From: an uncultured Muribaculaceae bacterium
GTDB lineage: Bacteria; Bacillota_I; Bacilli_A; RF39; UBA660
NCBI GenBank assembly: GCA_964553605.1
Contig: CAZKKR010000003.1
Location: 1-45,629, forward strand
Length of the DNA: 45,629 nt
Reading direction: 5' to 3'
In this document: positions 18,613 to 26,242 of the stretch, in pieces
Layout of the letters: each line of letters begins with the position of its first letter
Numbering within the stretch: the stretch's first letter is position 1
Position numbers and translations under genes: made by a program
The notes under the pieces: model-generated
What the model saw: only the letters and a program-made list of their open reading frames with translations
Databases searched by the model: none
What the model was told of the DNA's origin: nothing

Positions 18613-19890
18613 TTATTCCTCATTCTGTGAAACTAATTTCTCATCTAAAAATTCAACTAAATTATCAAGTTTAACCTTATATTCATCTTTAGTATTATTA
18701 TCTTTAATAGTAAGTACTTTGGTATTTATTTCATCCTCACCTACTATAATAATAAATTTTGCCCCAATTTTATCTGCATGTTTAAAATTACTTTTTAAAT
18801 TGCGCTTATTATAATCCATTTCAGTATTAAAACCACTTAAACGTAAAACATTTACCAAATTAAAGGCTTTTAATCTAGATTTTTCACCCATTGGGACAAC
18901 ATAAATTTCAGGATTAGAATTCGTAGAAACATCAATTTCTTCCATCTCTAACGCAAGAAGTAAACGTTCAATTCCAATAGCAAACCCCACACCTGGAACA
19001 TCTGGACCACCGACAGTTTTAATTAAATTATTGTACCTTCCGCCAGCACCTAGAACATTTTGACTTCCAAATCCTTTAATATTAGCTTCAATTTCAAAGA
19101 CAGTATGTGTATAATAATCAAGACCACGAACTATATTAGGATTAACTACATACTCAATACCCATTTCGTCCAAATACTTCTTAACCATATCAAAGTGTTT
19201 AGCACTTTCTTTATTAAGAAAATCAATCATCTTTGGAGCATTTCCCATAAATTCTTTATCACAATCAACCTTGCAATCTAAAATACGTAAAGGATTCTTT
19301 TCAAATCTACTTTTACAATCATCACAAAGATCATTTAAATGTGGTTTAAAATAAGTAATTAAAGCATCTCTATAAGCAGTTCGTGATTCACTATCCCCTA
19401 AACTATTGATATTAACCTTAATTCCTTTTAACCCAAGCATTCTTAAAAAATTAACCAAAATACTAATAATTTCTGCATCCATAATAGGATCATATGACCC
19501 AAACATTTCAACACCAAATTGATAAAACTCTCTAAATCTTCCCGCTTGTGGTCTTTCATATCTAAACATTGGACCAAAATACCAAGCTTTAAGTGGCAAA
19601 TTTTCGGCATATAACTTGTTTTCAATAAAACATCTAACAATACCAGCAGTTCCTTCAGGACGTAAAGTTAAATCTCTGTTACCACGATCTTTAAAATCAT
19701 AAGTTTCCTTACTAACTATATCCGTAGTTTCACCTACACCTCTATGGAATAAATCACTAGATTCAAAAATAGGAGTTTCAAAGTATTTAACATTATATTT
19801 ATCCATCAAGGCATTAATTAATTTTCTAAGATATAACATCTGATTAGCTTTCTTACCAAAAATATCGTATGTTCCCTTTGGCCTTTGCAT
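18613..19890 (-). CDS. hisS: Histidine--tRNA ligase
   Basis: MQRPKGTYDIF start after AGGAAG (the track ORF begins 18 nt upstream). Class II motifs LRPEGTAGIVR, FRYERPQAGRFREF, GGGRYNNL, GFAIGIERL. Confidence 0.95.
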   Translation of the reverse strand: MQRPKGTYDIFGKKANQMLYLRKLINALMDKYNVKYFETPIFESSDLFHRGVGETTDIVSKETYDFKDRGNRDLTLRPEGTAGIVRCFIENKLYAENLPLKAWYFGPMFRYERPQAGRFREFYQFGVEMFGSYDPIMDAEIISILVNFLRMLGLKGIKVNINSLGDSESRTAYRDALITYFKPHLNDLCDDCKSRFEKNPLRILDCKVDCDKEFMGNAPKMIDFLNKESAKHFDMVKKYLDEMGIEYVVNPNIVRGLDYYTHTVFEIEANIKGFGSQNVLGAGGRYNNLIKTVGGPDVPGVGFAIGIERLLLALEMEEIDVSTNSNPEIYVVPMGEKSRLKAFNLVNVLRLSGFNTEMDYNKRNLKSNFKHADKIGAKFIIIVGEDEINTKVLTIKDNNTKDEYKVKLDNLVEFLDEKLVSQNEE

Positions 19891-19944
19891 AATATCACTT
19901 CCTATCACTACATAAAATTATATTGTTTTTCAAATAAAAAGTCA

Positions 19945-19971
19945 ACAAAAAAGGAAGTATTAAACTTCCTT
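19945..19971 (-). terminator. Terminator of the surface-protein operon
   Basis: Minus strand: AAGGAAGT-TTAAT-ACTTCCTT followed by TTTTTTG. Confidence 0.75.
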
Positions 19972-19975
19972 AAAT

Positions 19976-21208
19976 TTATTTATTAGCGTTAAGTTTCTTT
20001 TCTCTATGGAAATATACTCCTAAACCAGTAGCTATTGCTGCAAGACCAACACCTAAAATAACAAGAGGTGTATTAGCAGCAGTAGATGGAACTACGATTG
20101 GTGTACCACAATCCCAAGCACCATATAAAGTCATATCGTTATTAAGAGCAGTACCATTAGTCCATTTACCAGTTAAATCTTTTTTAGTATACCATCCATT
20201 GAATTTACAATTTTCTTGTCTTGTAGTTAATTCCTTCTCTTGGTCATATTTTGTACCTTTGTCATAACAATTTTTACCAGGAGTAGGATCAGTTTTTGCT
20301 GGATCAGGAATAACATTACCAACAATAACATAATCTACACAAACTTGATCTTTATTCTTAACTGTAGCTGTTAATTTTACAGTTTTTTCATCTTCGTTAG
20401 GGAAAAGTCCTACAACACTTTGATAATTTCCAGTTGGTGTATAAACATAAGCTTGTTTATTACCAGAAGCAGAAACTTTAACATTAACATTAGCAGTTTT
20501 AGTAATTGCTTCAGCAGGAATTCTAATTAAGAATTTTTCTGAAGAATTAAATGTAGTCTTTGGTGTACCACTAGTTGTTACAGCTTCAGCACCAGTAACA
20601 CCAGTAACTTCTACTTTATAAGAAGAAGTACCTTTAACAGTGGTTGTAAATTCTTCTGAAACATAATATTTTTTATCACTTGATAAATTCATATCAGCAC
20701 TTTTAACAGCAATATCAACAGTAACATCTTCAGTAGATCCACTAGCTGATTTTGCTTCATTAGCTAAAGCAATAATTTTATTTCTAATACCAGTAACAGC
20801 TTCAGCACCAGTAGAAGTAAATTCTTCGTTTAATTTTCTTCCACCTTCATTCTCAGCTCTAAACCACCAAATTGCACCTTGAGTAATATAACTTGCAACT
20901 TGTGAATTTTGATGAGAACTACTACCGTGTTCTAGTATATATCTTACTCCAGCACTTGCTGCTTTACTTCTCGTATAAGAAACACCAGCAGGTGGCCAAG
21001 TAACATCGGAACCATCGTAACAATAAACAACAGTACCATCATTAAATTTAAGATTATAAATATCTACATTACCAATATATTTTGGAGAAGCTCCAGTATG
21101 AGCAATAGTTGCTGTTTTAGGAGCAGCACTAACAGTTCCTGTGAAAATAAAGGCAATAGACATTAATAATACACAAAGTAAACTAAAAGTCTTTCTAAAT
21201 CTTTTCAC
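19976..21208 (-). CDS. Surface protein with an N-terminal thioester (TQxA/TED-like) domain, a Listeria-Bacteroides (Flg_new) repeat and a C-terminal anchor
   Basis: GTG start after GGAGG. Signal peptide ...FTGTVSA/AP. VVYCYDG (Cys63) ... RYILEHG ... SYITQGAIWWF (Gln110) matches the [YF]C...GYP...TQxA(I/V)W thioester-domain pattern. CKFNGWYTKKDLTGKWTNGTALNNDMTLYGAW is a Flg_new-type repeat. C-terminus: VPSTAA, then a 20-aa hydrophobic stretch, then HREKK. Confidence 0.65.
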   Translation of the reverse strand: MKRFRKTFSLLCVLLMSIAFIFTGTVSAAPKTATIAHTGASPKYIGNVDIYNLKFNDGTVVYCYDGSDVTWPPAGVSYTRSKAASAGVRYILEHGSSSHQNSQVASYITQGAIWWFRAENEGGRKLNEEFTSTGAEAVTGIRNKIIALANEAKSASGSTEDVTVDIAVKSADMNLSSDKKYYVSEEFTTTVKGTSSYKVEVTGVTGAEAVTTSGTPKTTFNSSEKFLIRIPAEAITKTANVNVKVSASGNKQAYVYTPTGNYQSVVGLFPNEDEKTVKLTATVKNKDQVCVDYVIVGNVIPDPAKTDPTPGKNCYDKGTKYDQEKELTTRQENCKFNGWYTKKDLTGKWTNGTALNNDMTLYGAWDCGTPIVVPSTAANTPLVILGVGLAAIATGLGVYFHREKKLNANK

Positions 21209-21224
21209 TCTATTTTCCTCCTTC

Positions 21225-22745
21225 TTATAAACTATAAATAAAGCTTTTACAACTTTCTACATCGTTAGTATTAACACCTGATAATAATCCACTAAAAGTA
21301 GCCGCAGCATATTTTGAATCAGTAGATAATTTTAATTTCATTGCTGCACCAGCAGCTAAAATAGCCGCACCAGCAAAGAAAATTATATTACGTACTGAAT
21401 TATCCTCACCAGTCTTTGGAAGAACATGAGTTGGTGTAGGTTCTGGCTGAGGCTCAGGTTGAGGCTCAGGTTGAGGTTCTGGTTGAGGTTCTGGTTCTGG
21501 CTCAGGTTGAGGTTCTGGTTCTGGCTCAGGTTCTGGCTCAGGTTCTGGCTCAGGTTCTGGTTCTGGCTCAGGTTCTGGTTCATTTTCAAAAGGTTTGTCA
21601 GCAACATCAGAAGCATCAGGGTCAGTAGAACGATCATTTTCTTCTTGTATAGTAGAATTTTTCCCAGAAGTAATAACTTCCATACCACCTGTATTATATT
21701 GATGTTCATTATCAGCAACATCAATTTCAAAATTATAATTTGCATACATAGGATTATTTGCTTTAAATTCTTCAATCATAGCAGTAGGATCACTAACACC
21801 TACTCCACCTAAAACTAATGTTATGGTATTTACATCTTCGTCTAATAAGAATGCATAACCATCTTCACCAAGATCAATAACGCTACCACCTGTCATATCA
21901 ATATGAACTTCAGTAAATGCATCTTCACCATATTGATTAACAACTTGATCATGAACTTCTTGTAATTCACCTTCAGTAACGTCACCTTCAATTGTAACAA
22001 CACCATCATCAGAAATGTTTGCAGAATATTCAGCAGTTTCATCTTCAGCAACTGGAGTTTGCTCTCCTTCTGAAGCAGTTTCACCCTCAGCAACTGGAGT
22101 TTGTTCTCCTTCTGAAGCAGTTTCATCTTCAGCAACTGGAGTTTGTTCTCCTTCTAAAGCAGTTTCATCTTCAGCAACTGGAGTTTGCTCTCCTTCTGAA
22201 GCAATTTCACCCTCAGCAACTGGAGTTTGTTCTCCTTCTGAAGCAGTTTCATCTTCAGCAACTGGAGTTTGTTCTCCTTCTGAAGCAGTTTCATCCTCAG
22301 CAACTGGAGCTGGATCTGCAACTGGAGCAGGATCTGCAGCTGGAGCTGGATCAACAACTGGAGCAGGATCTGCAGCTGGAGCTGGATCAGCAACTGGAGC
22401 TGGATCAGCAACTGGAGCTGGATCAGCAACTGGAGTTGGATCAGCAACATAAGTATCATCACTAGCACCAGTGGCAAAACTTGTTTCTTCAAGTTCCGCA
22501 TCAGACATTTCATAATTCATGCTAGCTTCTGGTGTAGCAGGAACATCATTAATTTCTTCAGCATGTGCCACAGTAGGCATTCCGCCAGCAAGCGCAGCAG
22601 CTAAAGCAGTAGACGCAGCTAAAACTACAGCTGTATGATCAGAATTTGATGCACTAGCTGAACGATTTTGACTTAATCTTCCAAAAAAGTTTCTCGCATT
22701 TTCAATAAATCCACGCATTCTTTTTCTAATAAGTCTAAATTTCAT
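21225..22745 (-). CDS. LPXTG-motif cell-wall protein with three low-complexity repeat arrays
   Basis: 506 aa. Long N-terminal signal region ending AHA/EE. (DPAPVA)x8, ([14 protein letters not shown])x6.5, a globular segment of about 130 aa, (EP/QP)n, and LPKTG at nt 21408-21422 followed by a hydrophobic stretch and KLK. RBS AGAGGGAG. Confidence 0.8.
   Translation of the reverse strand: MKFRLIRKRMRGFIENARNFFGRLSQNRSASASNSDHTAVVLAASTALAAALAGGMPTVAHAEEINDVPATPEASMNYEMSDAELEETSFATGASDDTYVADPTPVADPAPVADPAPVADPAPAADPAPVVDPAPAADPAPVADPAPVAEDETASEGEQTPVAEDETASEGEQTPVAEGEIASEGEQTPVAEDETALEGEQTPVAEDETASEGEQTPVAEGETASEGEQTPVAEDETAEYSANISDDGVVTIEGDVTEGELQEVHDQVVNQYGEDAFTEVHIDMTGGSVIDLGEDGYAFLLDEDVNTITLVLGGVGVSDPTAMIEEFKANNPMYANYNFEIDVADNEHQYNTGGMEVITSGKNSTIQEENDRSTDPDASDVADKPFENEPEPEPEPEPEPEPEPEPEPEPEPQPEPEPEPQPEPQPEPQPEPQPEPTPTHVLPKTGEDNSVRNIIFFAGAAILAAGAAMKLKLSTDSKYAAATFSGLLSGVNTNDVESCKSFIYSL
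21439..21581 (-). repeat. 6-nt periodic coding repeat (Glu-Pro / Gln-Pro dipeptide array)
   Basis: ggttctggctca / ggttgaggctca units encode EPEPEP...QPEPQPEP, the wall-spanning region just upstream of LPKTG. Confidence 0.9.
22032..22309 (-). repeat. 42-bp tandem coding repeat, about 6.5 copies
   Basis: Unit agcagtttcatcttcagcaactggagtttg(c/t)tctccttctga with a few substitutions. Encodes [14 protein letters not shown]. Confidence 0.9.
22300..22446 (-). repeat. 18-bp tandem coding repeat, about 8 copies
   Basis: Unit gcaactggagctggatca and variants. Encodes DPAPVA. Confidence 0.9.
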
Positions 22746-22818
22746 AAAATCTCCCTCTTTTCTATAAAATAGAGTCCCTTATTATTCAAAAATAATAGTT
22801 CCCCGTTTTCAGGTGGTT

Positions 22819-22847
22819 ATAATAGCACTAAATCCTTTATTTGTCAA
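22819..22847 (-). promoter_or_regulatory. Near-consensus sigma-A promoter of the surface-protein operon
   Basis: Minus strand: TTGACA (22842-22847), 17 nt, TATTAT (22819-22824), about 70 nt upstream of the ATG. A second TGcTATAAT element lies further upstream. Confidence 0.55.
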
Positions 22848-22947
22848 ATCAAAATACTATTTATAACCCCTAAAATTATGATTCACTAATATTATAGCAA
22901 AAAAACATGATATTTTCCATTAAATTTAATAAACTTTACCTTTATTT

Positions 22948-22978
22948 ACAAAAAAGAATCTATAATTTATAGATTCTT
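22948..22978 (-). terminator. Terminator of murD; hairpin includes the stop codon
   Basis: Minus strand: AAGAATCTATAA-A-TTATAGATTCTT followed by TTTTTG. Confidence 0.7.
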
Positions 22979-24286
22979 TACAATTTTTTTAAATTCGTTG
23001 CCTCGCTCTTCAAAATTTTTGAATTGATCCCAACTAGCACAAGCCGGACTAAGTAAGATAGTATCGCCTTCCTTAGAAATATCATAAGCTTCTATTGTAG
23101 CTTCATCAATATTGTCTTTAACAGTTACCGGAATGTTGTTTTCTAAAGCAAAATTTCTAATACGCTCCTTTGTCTCACCATAACACACAATATGAACAAC
23201 ATGCTTTAAATAAGGAACTAAATCGTCAAAACTATGGCCTCTATCAAGACCACCTAAAATGAGAATTACATTATTTTCAAAAGACTTTAAAGCTGTAATA
23301 GTTGAGAAAACATTTGTAGACTTAGAATTATTATAAAAATCTCTGCCATTTACGTTTTTAACAAACTCATTTCTGTGCTCAACACCAGAAAAATTACTTA
23401 AAACATTCATAATAACTTCATTGCTAATATTAAATTCTTTAGCAACTAAAATAGCTGCCATAAAGTTTTCATAATTATGCATTCCTTTTAATTTAATATC
23501 AGATAAGCTATATTTATTATCACCATAAATAATCATATCGTCTTTAATACAAATATCAGCTTCACCAGTAGAAGAAAAATAAAGTTTTCTAGAATTAAGA
23601 TTTTTAGTTAACCTGTAAACTTCACTATCACCTTTATTAATAATGGCTAAATCTTTTTCCGTTTGATGATTGAAAATATTAAGTTTATTAAGTTTATAAT
23701 TTTCGTAAGTGCCAAAATGATCTAAATGAACTTCCGATAAATTAGTTAAAATAGCAATATCAGATTTAAACTTATCAAAATTCACAAGCTGATGACTAGA
23801 TATTTCCACAACTAGAATATCACCATCTTTAATTTCCGATAACATATCACATAATGGAATGCCTATATTTCCAGCCAAATGAACAGGCAAAGAAGCCTCT
23901 TTTAATATATTATAAACAATTGTTGTCGTTGTCGTTTTTCCATTCGAGCCTGTAATTCCAATAATCTTAACGTTAGGTAAATATCGATATGCAACTTCAA
24001 GTTCCGTAATAACTGGAATATTATATTTATTAGCTTTAAGCACCACTGGATGATCAAGCTTAATTCCCGGATTTTTAACAACAACATCAAAACTTTCATC
24101 AAAAATTTCCTCTTGCTTATCAGTGATAACAACTGAAACACCTAATTTTTCAAGATCTTTTATTTCTTTTTCATTATCATTTTTTATATCAGTTATTACT
24201 ATAGTATTTTTTGAAGCAAGAAGTCTAGCAACACTAACTCCACTTTTTCCCATACCAAGTATAAATATTTTTTTATTTTCAAACAT
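22967..24286 (-). CDS. murD: UDP-N-acetylmuramoylalanine--D-glutamate ligase
   Basis: MFENKKIFILGMGKSGVS start after GGTGA. GITGSNGKTTTT P-loop, Mur ligase middle and C-terminal domains (GGLDRGHSF, SPACASWDQF). Stands alone, not in a dcw cluster. Confidence 0.9.
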   Translation of the reverse strand: MFENKKIFILGMGKSGVSVARLLASKNTIVITDIKNDNEKEIKDLEKLGVSVVITDKQEEIFDESFDVVVKNPGIKLDHPVVLKANKYNIPVITELEVAYRYLPNVKIIGITGSNGKTTTTTIVYNILKEASLPVHLAGNIGIPLCDMLSEIKDGDILVVEISSHQLVNFDKFKSDIAILTNLSEVHLDHFGTYENYKLNKLNIFNHQTEKDLAIINKGDSEVYRLTKNLNSRKLYFSSTGEADICIKDDMIIYGDNKYSLSDIKLKGMHNYENFMAAILVAKEFNISNEVIMNVLSNFSGVEHRNEFVKNVNGRDFYNNSKSTNVFSTITALKSFENNVILILGGLDRGHSFDDLVPYLKHVVHIVCYGETKERIRNFALENNIPVTVKDNIDEATIEAYDISKEGDTILLSPACASWDQFKNFEERGNEFKKIVKNL

Positions 24287-24330
24287 TCTTATCACCACTA
24301 CCATTATACATTAATAAAATATATTTATAA

Positions 24331-24354
24331 AGAAAAAAGGAATTAAAAATTCCT
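24331..24354 (-). terminator. Terminator of the hybrid kinase gene
   Basis: Minus strand: AGGAATT-TTT-AATTCCT followed by TTTTTTC. The stop codon lies in the stem. Confidence 0.65.
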
Positions 24355-26185
24355 AAAATCTTTTCATAATTCTATCAAGTTCATCATTTAATTTAGATTT
24401 TATAATAACATCAGCAAAACCATCTTTTAAATAATGTAATTTAATAAATTCCTTATCATCATCTAACATTATTACAACAGGTATATTAAATTTTCTGTCT
24501 TTTTTTAATTCTTTCAATACTTCATAAGCACTTATTGTATCAGTTTCATCATCAAGTAAAATTAAATCCAATTTATGTTTGTTAGAAATTTTTTCAATAA
24601 CATCTCTTCCAAATAATGAACCGCTAACACTAATATCATATTTTTCTAAATAATTAGTTATTTTAGAAAGCTCTTTAGCATCATCATCAACTACCATTAC
24701 TTTTTTATTTTTGTGTAAAGTTTCTTCATATAAATCTAATTTTTTTGTTATTTCTTTAGTTTTATTTTCAACGATTTTTTGATCGATAGTAATACTAACG
24801 GTAGTTCCCTTTCCTTCATCACTTCTAACAATCAAATTTCCACCCATTAAAGTGAAAAGTTTTTTAATTTCCTTTAAATTTAAAGTCTTATTTTCTTTAG
24901 ATAAATTTATTTTTGATAAATCATCAATATTTAAACTTAAAACATCGTTAACTTCTTCTATACTTATTCCACTACCAGAATCACTAATGGTTATAATAAG
25001 TCTACATATATCATATTTTACGATTGAACTTATATCTAAAGATATATACCCTTCACTAGTATTTTTAATAGAATTTTCAAGCACTGAATAAACTGCCTGT
25101 TTAAGTTTAATAGAATCACCATATAAATATTCAGGAATACTATTACTTATAGAGTATTCAAATTTAACCCCATTTTCAATATTATTTTCAGCCTGAAATT
25201 TAATTTCTTTAAATAAATTACTAACATTATATCTACTATCATATATTTTCAAAGTTTTAGTACTCATTGAAGAAACGTCTAAAGCATCATTTATTAAATA
25301 ATCAAGTTCCTTAGCTTTATTATTTATAATTCTTGTTCCTTCATTTAATTCTTTTAGATCTTTGATAGTAAACATATCATTACTTACATCAATTATATCC
25401 TTAACTGGTCTTTTAATATCTTGAGTCATTCTAAACAAGAAATTAGAAGTATCTTCATTACTTTTTTCAATTAATTTCTTATTCTTATAAAGTTCTTCCA
25501 TCATTTGAACATCAGGATTTTCAATTGTAAAATACATAAGTACTGTTACAAACGCAAATGTTGAATTAATCAAAATAATTCCTGGATTAATAGATCTTAC
25601 AACAAATACCAATACCATAGCAATTATTAAAACCAAAAGTGGTATATATTTTCTCTCGCGAATATTGTCAGTATTTTTAAATACTGAAAAAATTTCTAAA
25701 GTAATAAGGACTCCTCCAACTACTAAAAGTAAATTAGTTGCTGGACCATAACTATATACATAATTGCCATCATTAAAATACGAAATTGGAAGGGTAATCG
25801 CAAATCCAATAAGAATAATAGAAACCAAAACTCCTAAAATCTTAAAATCACGTGAATGCCTTTTAAAAAAGCTTACTGCTTTACTATCACTGCCAAAAGA
25901 AACAAAGAAAATATATAAAGCAAAAACAATTTCCCATAAAAGTAAATATATTATAAATGCTCTATTACAAATTTCACACATTAAAGTATTAAAAGAACTT
26001 GTCCCATTCATCAACACAAAGTAAGTACACAAAAGTTCTAAAATAAGGCCAAAAACATTCATTCTAACCAAAACAGAATAAATTTTATTTTCTGTACTAT
26101 TTATCCTCTGCTTATTATAATAAACAAAGGCAAGCATAATACTATAAAGTAAAGAACATACTATAAAAGTAATTACAACAATCAT
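24353..26185 (-). CDS. Hybrid sensor histidine-kinase-like protein (6 TM + degenerate DHp + HATPase_c + receiver) lacking the phospho-acceptor His
   Basis: 610 aa. Six N-terminal TM helices. The H-box equivalent SNFLFRMTQDIKRPVKDI has Gln255 (caa, nt 25421-25423) where the consensus FLANMSHEIRTP has His. ATPase boxes are present (ENSIKNT, SDSGSGI, GGNLIVRSDEGKGTTVS). C-terminal receiver: VMVVDDD ... DLILLDD ... VIIKS. Confidence 0.7.
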   Translation of the reverse strand: MIVVITFIVCSLLYSIMLAFVYYNKQRINSTENKIYSVLVRMNVFGLILELLCTYFVLMNGTSSFNTLMCEICNRAFIIYLLLWEIVFALYIFFVSFGSDSKAVSFFKRHSRDFKILGVLVSIILIGFAITLPISYFNDGNYVYSYGPATNLLLVVGGVLITLEIFSVFKNTDNIRERKYIPLLVLIIAMVLVFVVRSINPGIILINSTFAFVTVLMYFTIENPDVQMMEELYKNKKLIEKSNEDTSNFLFRMTQDIKRPVKDIIDVSNDMFTIKDLKELNEGTRIINNKAKELDYLINDALDVSSMSTKTLKIYDSRYNVSNLFKEIKFQAENNIENGVKFEYSISNSIPEYLYGDSIKLKQAVYSVLENSIKNTSEGYISLDISSIVKYDICRLIITISDSGSGISIEEVNDVLSLNIDDLSKINLSKENKTLNLKEIKKLFTLMGGNLIVRSDEGKGTTVSITIDQKIVENKTKEITKKLDLYEETLHKNKKVMVVDDDAKELSKITNYLEKYDISVSGSLFGRDVIEKISNKHKLDLILLDDETDTISAYEVLKELKKDRKFNIPVVIMLDDDKEFIKLHYLKDGFADVIIKSKLNDELDRIMKRF

Positions 26186-26214
26186 TATACCGCCTCCATT
26201 ATAATGATATTATT

Positions 26215-26237
26215 ATAAAAAGGCTTTTTCAAGCCTA
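26215..26237 (-). terminator. Terminator of the acyl-CoA ligase gene
   Basis: Minus strand: AGGCTT-GAAA-AAGCCT followed by TTTTTAT. Confidence 0.7.
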
Positions 26238-26242
26238 TTTTT

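Noticed and set aside
19891-19975. Expected T-box leader upstream of hisS.
   Set aside because: Only about 85 nt separate the hisS start from the upstream gene, and most of it is that gene's terminator. No specifier loop or T-box sequence (AANNNGGGTGGTACCGCG-like) is visible.
22032-22446. Regularly spaced 42-bp and 18-bp repeats that could resemble a CRISPR array at first glance.
   Set aside because: The repeats are directly tandem with no unique spacers. They are in frame inside a long ORF and encode [14 protein letters not shown] / DPAPVA peptide repeats.
21383-22513. Track ORFs on both strands overlapping the LPXTG gene (21383..21775, 21426..21812, 21893..22135, 22015..22452, 22019..22465, 22154..22513).
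   Set aside because: They are alternative-frame and antisense read-throughs of low-complexity repeats. They lack an RBS, and their periodic sequences simply mirror the repeat unit.
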